From: an uncultured Actinomycetota bacterium
GTDB taxonomy: Bacteria; Actinomycetota; Actinomycetes; JAHEKZ01
Assembly (NCBI GenBank): GCA_963829525.1
Contig: CAWHIJ010000003.1
Coordinates: 352,001-416,000 of the forward strand
Reading direction: 5' to 3'
Length of the DNA stretch: 64,000 bases
The notes under the pieces are model-generated. The model saw only the letters and a program-made list of their open reading frames with translations, made no database searches and was not told the origin of the DNA. Below, piece by piece: positions 59,599 through 64,000 of this stretch (positions are counted from its first letter, which is position 1; the number at the start of each line of letters is the position of its first letter). Both the position numbers and the translations under genes were made by a program.

Positions 59599-61797
59599 AT
59601 GACTGCTGATCCCGAGCCGCCCTGGGTATCGGTCGAGCGGGTTCGGGTTCTCAACCAGATGGCGGCGGCGCCGGAAGCCCGCGTCATCACGCTGAGCGCC
59701 ACGGCCGGCTCTGGGAAGTCGACCATCCTGGCCCAGTGGAGTGAGCGCTGGCGCACCGAACGTGCCGGCCAGGTCGTGTGGCTCGATGTTCCCCCACGTG
59801 CTGACAGCCGTGAGCTGGCCGACCGGCTTGCCGAGGCCCTGACAGTCACCAGGATGGATTCTGGTCGTGAGCCGTTGCCGCCCGCCTACGACGAACCCAC
59901 GTGGCACGCAGCCACGATGCCGTCCCTCCGGGCACTGCTCGATGAGCATGGGGTGCCCCTGCTCGTCGTGATCGACGACGCGATGAATCTGACCGACCCG
60001 TTGGCCTCCAGTCTTCTCGAGACAGTGCTCGCCGGCCTACCCGCTGACTCGCAGCTGGCGATGGGGACGCGAGACGCGACGCCGTACGCAGCGCGTCGCC
60101 TGCGCGCCAGTGGCCGCACGCTCGAGCTCGGTGGTCCCGACCTGGCCATGGACGCCGAGGAGGCCCGGGCGCTGCTGGCAGAGATCGCGGTCGAGGTCGG
60201 TGAGCGACAGCTCGACGTAGTCCTCGAGCGCACCGAGGGTTGGCCGGTCGGCCTCTACCTGTTGGGCAGAGCCCTCCTCAGCGAGTCGGACCTGCTCGAG
60301 GTCGAAGGCCCTCCGGGACTTACGCCTGGGTGGATCGCCGACTATCTGCGCGACGAGCTCTTCGCCGCTCTACCCCAGGACGCTCGCGAGTTCCTCGTCA
60401 AGGTGTCGGTGGTCGGCGACCTCTGCGGCCCCGTGTGCGACGCGGTCGTCGGACGCCCGGGTTCACTCGAGCTGCTCCGAGGGTTGTCGGCCCAGAACCA
60501 TCTGATCAAGCGCTCCGACCGAGCGGATGAGTGCTACCGGCTCCACCATCTCTTCTCGGACTTCCTGAGGTCTGAGCTCTACGCCCGGTCGATCCCCGAG
60601 TTCCACGAGATGAATCGCCGCGCGTGGGAGTGGTACGCGAGTCAGGGCGAGGACGACTTGGCGGTTACTCACGCCAAGGAGATGGGCGATGACGAGGCGC
60701 TCGCGCGCTTCGTCTGGGAGCGCACCTGGCGGCTGCTGACATCGGGTCGAATGCCCGTCGCGCGTCGGTGGCTCGAAGGGCTCGACGAGCGCAGGGTGGC
60801 AGGTCAGATCGGGCTGGTCCTCTCGAAGTTCTACGTCAGCATCCACGAAGGGTCGATGGAGACGACGCTGCAGATGGCCGCGCTTGTGCGTGGCCATCTG
60901 GCGGACGATTCCTTGGGGGACGCCGATCGCGCCCACTGTCTTGTCGCCGATGCACTTCTCGGCGAGGCCGGCCTTGCCACGATCGTGCGTCAAACCAGTG
61001 AGGCGCTAGAGACACTGGAGAAGACTGCAGATCCTTGGGTCACCGTTGCTCTCTTCCTTCGGGGTGTCGCCTCTCTGTACCTCGGTGACACGAACGCGGC
61101 GGTAGTCGACCTCGAAGAAGGCGTCGAGCACTGCATCGAGCTCGGCGTCAAGGACATGCACGCGCATTGCCTTGCTGCCCTGGCCGCCACTCGGCTCGCT
61201 TCCGGAGACGCCACCGCAGCGGTGTCGCAGATCGAGCAGGCGCGCTCCATCGTATTCGCCACCAGCCTGGAGAACATCCCGGCGATTGCCCCGATCTTCT
61301 CGGTGGCTGCGTCGGTGATGGTCGTTTCCGGGCGCCATGATGACGCCGTCGATGATGCTGTGAGGGCGCTCCGGCTGACGTCCCTGATCGGGGCCATTGC
61401 CCCGTGGCATGCGGTTGGCGGCAGACTCACCCTGGCCAACGTCTTCTGGCAGCTCGGGGACCGCCAGCGTGCCGCCGTCCTGATCGATGAGGCGCGAAAG
61501 CGCTACGGGCCCGCCGCTCAGGGCCCGGTGTTCGACGTGATGCTCAAAGAGGCAGAGATGCTCGTGGCCGACCTCGAGACCTCTCGGACTGGGCCATCCC
61601 TGCTGACCACCGCCGAGCTCAAGGTGCTGCAGTACCTGCCGAGCCACCTGTCCTTCCCTGAGATCGGCCAGAAGCTCTACCTCTCGCGCCATACGGTCAA
61701 GAGCCAGGCGTTGTCTGCGTACCGAAAGCTGGGTGTCTCGTCTCGTAGCCAGGCGGTCGACAGGGCGCACGAGCTCGGCCTCCTCGCGTCGCGCTGA
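59599..61797 (+). CDS. MalT-like LuxR family transcriptional regulator
   Basis: Walker A (AGSGKS), LVVIDD, TEGWPVGL, YRLHHLF, C-terminal LT..E..VL..L...EI...LYLS.HTVKSQ...YRKLGV HTH. Confidence 0.9.
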   Translation: MTADPEPPWVSVERVRVLNQMAAAPEARVITLSATAGSGKSTILAQWSERWRTERAGQVVWLDVPPRADSRELADRLAEALTVTRMDSGREPLPPAYDEPTWHAATMPSLRALLDEHGVPLLVVIDDAMNLTDPLASSLLETVLAGLPADSQLAMGTRDATPYAARRLRASGRTLELGGPDLAMDAEEARALLAEIAVEVGERQLDVVLERTEGWPVGLYLLGRALLSESDLLEVEGPPGLTPGWIADYLRDELFAALPQDAREFLVKVSVVGDLCGPVCDAVVGRPGSLELLRGLSAQNHLIKRSDRADECYRLHHLFSDFLRSELYARSIPEFHEMNRRAWEWYASQGEDDLAVTHAKEMGDDEALARFVWERTWRLLTSGRMPVARRWLEGLDERRVAGQIGLVLSKFYVSIHEGSMETTLQMAALVRGHLADDSLGDADRAHCLVADALLGEAGLATIVRQTSEALETLEKTADPWVTVALFLRGVASLYLGDTNAAVVDLEEGVEHCIELGVKDMHAHCLAALAATRLASGDATAAVSQIEQARSIVFATSLENIPAIAPIFSVAASVMVVSGRHDDAVDDAVRALRLTSLIGAIAPWHAVGGRLTLANVFWQLGDRQRAAVLIDEARKRYGPAAQGPVFDVMLKEAEMLVADLETSRTGPSLLTTAELKVLQYLPSHLSFPEIGQKLYLSRHTVKSQALSAYRKLGVSSRSQAVDRAHELGLLASR

Positions 61798-61814
61798 GCT
61801 CATGGAGGCGCAAA

Positions 61815-61831
61815 TCGCCCGGTTGGGATGA
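61815..61831. promoter_or_regulatory. TCGCCC-N5-GGATGA palindrome (candidate site for the MalT-like regulator)
   Basis: Same 6-5-6 layout as 58804; about 75 bp upstream of the ATG at 61906. Confidence 0.45.
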
Positions 61832-61905
61832 AGCCCACGGTCGGGCGACGACGGGATGATGGTGGTGAGTGGGCGTCTGTGCCCAAGGTGAAACGGAGGG
61901 TCCTC

Positions 61906-62307
61906 ATGTCTCAGCAGGAGAACTACAGCGGCGGAGCAGTCGCCATGACCACCTTTGCCAGCGTCATGCTGATGATCGCGGGTGCATTCCAGTTCTTTGC
62001 CGGGCTGGCCGCCATCTTCAACGACGACAAGATGCTCGTCACCAAGGACTACGTCATCAGCCTCGATACGTCGGCATGGGGCTGGATCCACCTCTTGATC
62101 GGCCTCATCTTGTTCCTCGCGGGGGTGTCCCTCCTGAAAGGGGCCATTTGGGCTCGCACTGTGGCAGTGATCGTGGCGTCGGTGAGCGCCATCACGGCGT
62201 TCATCTGGTTGCCGGCGCAGCCCTTCTGGGGTTTGCTGATCATCGTCCTCGACATCTTCATCATCTGGGCGGTCACCGCGCACGGGCGCGACATCGCTAA
62301 GGTCTGA
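61906..62307 (+). CDS. DUF7144-type four-TM membrane protein
   Basis: FA.V.L...G.FQ..GL.AI, D...WGWIHL, LP.QP.W; GGAGG RBS. Confidence 0.78.
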   Translation: MSQQENYSGGAVAMTTFASVMLMIAGAFQFFAGLAAIFNDDKMLVTKDYVISLDTSAWGWIHLLIGLILFLAGVSLLKGAIWARTVAVIVASVSAITAFIWLPAQPFWGLLIIVLDIFIIWAVTAHGRDIAKV

Positions 62308-62337
62308 CCAACAAGCACTCGAGTTAGGGAGCACCGA

Positions 62338-62775
62338 ATGACCGACGCCACTCTCGACGAGATGGGACCGATCGACTACGTGGTCATCGAGTTCCCCGGC
62401 AACAAGATGACCGGCGAGGGTCTTCCGATCCTTGTTGACCTGGTCGACCAGGGAGTCATCCGGCTGATCGACCTCGTGTTCTTCACCAAGGCCGACGACG
62501 GTTCGGTCGCGATGATTGAGATCGCGGACTTCGACGGTGACGGCGAGCTTGACATGGCGATCTTCGAGGGAGCCTCATCGGGCATCTTGGGTGAGGACGA
62601 CATCAACGAGGCCGCAGCGGCTGTCGAGGGCGGCAGTTCCGCGGCGCTCTTGGTCTATGAAAACCGTTGGGCGGCCCCCTTCGCGGCAGCTGTTCGCCGT
62701 GGTGGTGGCCAGCTGGTCGCTTTCGGCCGCATCCCCATTCAGGCTCTCGTCGCTGCACTCGACGCCGACGCCTGA
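62338..62775 (+). CDS. DUF6325 family protein
   Basis: MGPIDY.VIEFPG, LVD.G.IR.IDL, LVYEN.WA.PF..A.R..GG. Confidence 0.82.
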   Translation: MTDATLDEMGPIDYVVIEFPGNKMTGEGLPILVDLVDQGVIRLIDLVFFTKADDGSVAMIEIADFDGDGELDMAIFEGASSGILGEDDINEAAAAVEGGSSAALLVYENRWAAPFAAAVRRGGGQLVAFGRIPIQALVAALDADA

Positions 62776-62802
62776 TCACCATCTGACCTAGGAGGACACC
62801 TC

Positions 62803-63072
62803 ATGCCAGGACTCATTCGCGGGGTTGCTCGGACGGCTGTCGTCGCCGGAACCGCAACCCACGTCTCCAACAACGTGTCACGACGTCAGGCCAACAAGTG
62901 GGCCGCACAGAACGAGCAGGCGCAGCCCGAGCAGCAGTACGCGCCACCGCCACCTCCCGCGCCGGCAGCGCCAGACCCCATTGCGCAGCTCAAAGAACTC
63001 GGCGAGCTGCACGCATCAGGCGTTCTGACCGATGAAGAGTTCGCGGCGCAGAAGGCCAAGCTGCTCGCCTGA
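62803..63072 (+). CDS. SHOCT domain protein
   Basis: MPGL.RG.ARTAV.AGTAT, Pro/Gln linker, QLKEL.EL..SGVLT.EEF..QKAKLL. Confidence 0.88.
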   Translation: MPGLIRGVARTAVVAGTATHVSNNVSRRQANKWAAQNEQAQPEQQYAPPPPPAPAAPDPIAQLKELGELHASGVLTDEEFAAQKAKLLA

Positions 63073-63087
63073 ACCGGCGAATGGCCG

Positions 63088-63996
63088 TCAGTCCGGGCGC
63101 TGTGGTCGTGGCCGCAGCCGCACCGGTGGCAGTTGTGGTGCGCGCATTGGCGATGAGTCGTCCTCGGCGACGGGTCCGAAGCGCCCTGAACCGGATGCCC
63201 AGTCGGTGCGGGCCTGAGCGACGTCTTCGTGGGTTCGTCCCACGAAGTTCCACCACATGAGCAGGTCCTCTTCGAAAGGGAGCCCGCCGATCAGCAGGAC
63301 GGTGGCCTTTGCGTCGACGGTCAAGCCCAGCTCATCGGCGCCGGGCGGAAGGTAGCGCAGTTTGCCGCGCTTGACCGACTCTTCCTCGACGCTCAACCCG
63401 TCAGAGAGTGCAAGCACGCCGTACTCGAATGTCGGCTCGATGGGTATTCGGTGACGTCCGAAAGACAGTCCGAGCTCGCTGCACACCAGCGGTGAGTAAG
63501 TCTGAGCCTTTGACTCCGCCCCGAGGAATTCCCCCATCACGACTCGGGCGCTGACGCCTTCGACGACGACCTGGGGAAGGTCCCCGTGGTGCTCGAAGTG
63601 CGGATCCTGGTGGCGTACGGCGTCTGGCAGGGCGATCCAGAGTTGGACGCCGTGAAGGGGCTGCTCGCCGACGGAATACTCCGAGTGAGCGATGCCCCGC
63701 CCTGCCGTCATGAGGTTCAGCTCGCCCGGAGCGATGTGTTGGATCGATCCGATGCTGTCGTGGTGGTCGACAGCTCCCGAGAGCAGCCATGACACCGTCT
63801 GCAGTCCGGCATGCGGGTGGGGAGGGACGACCATCGGATGACCGTCGTCACCGACGGTTGGTGAAGGCCCGTAGTGGTCGACGAAGCAGAAAGGACCGAT
63901 CGTGCGAAGGGCGCGGTGCGGGAGCGTACGCCGAACCAGCATCGCCCGGGGTCCACCGAGCGGCACCTCGCGTGGCTCGAGCGTTGCGGGGCGCAT
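63088..63996 (-). CDS. Pirin family protein
   Basis: GPFCFVDHYG, PHPH.GL.TV, MTAG.GI.HSE, QLW.ALP, WWNFV. Confidence 0.92.
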   Translation of the reverse strand: MRPATLEPREVPLGGPRAMLVRRTLPHRALRTIGPFCFVDHYGPSPTVGDDGHPMVVPPHPHAGLQTVSWLLSGAVDHHDSIGSIQHIAPGELNLMTAGRGIAHSEYSVGEQPLHGVQLWIALPDAVRHQDPHFEHHGDLPQVVVEGVSARVVMGEFLGAESKAQTYSPLVCSELGLSFGRHRIPIEPTFEYGVLALSDGLSVEEESVKRGKLRYLPPGADELGLTVDAKATVLLIGGLPFEEDLLMWWNFVGRTHEDVAQARTDWASGSGRFGPVAEDDSSPMRAPQLPPVRLRPRPQRPD

Positions 63997-64000
63997 GGTC

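Noticed and set aside
59461-59949. 201-aa ORF 59344-59949(-) as a single gene
   Set aside because: Upstream part is antisense to the MalT-like gene; only the last 38 codons have an RBS and coherent composition

Overview
High-GC DNA whose gene content points to an actinobacterium (inference from oleA-oleBC-oleD, bfaAB-like methyl-branched lipid genes, DUF6325/SHOCT genes and TTGTCCACA DnaA boxes). 1-16.1 kb holds housekeeping and lipid genes: MFS, ung, GNAT, tRNA-Ser(TGA), an olefin cluster, ggt, an orphan MCP with a sigma28-type promoter, chrA, a FAD oxidoreductase + methyltransferase pair, and corA. At 16.1-16.5 kb are tRNA-Ser(GCT) and tRNA-Arg(ACG). The most striking structure follows: four further copies of the tRNA-Arg 3' portion (17505, 18753, 19012, 19525) and a degenerate fifth at ~31736. 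They separate small cargo segments of 0.2-1.2 kb; one is bracketed by paired TTACTGCA arm-type repeats, and no integrase lies in the window. This reads as an integrase-less, tRNA-anchored cassette array. Downstream are a dTDP-amino-sugar/sulfotransferase/GT2/flippase/GT-C-like glycosylation locus, an amide/amine catabolic cluster (DMFase-like, C45, cyclase, polyamine-type ABC), fda, arsC, SulP, gadB, and a MalT-like regulator with SHOCT/DUF6325/DUF7144-type genes. Two small genes are not called as such in the ORF track, including a 38-aa Cys-rich protein behind a CsoR/RicR-type operator. Three genes have frameshifts at short C-runs, probably sequencing errors. All calls come from motif recognition by eye; no database searches were run.
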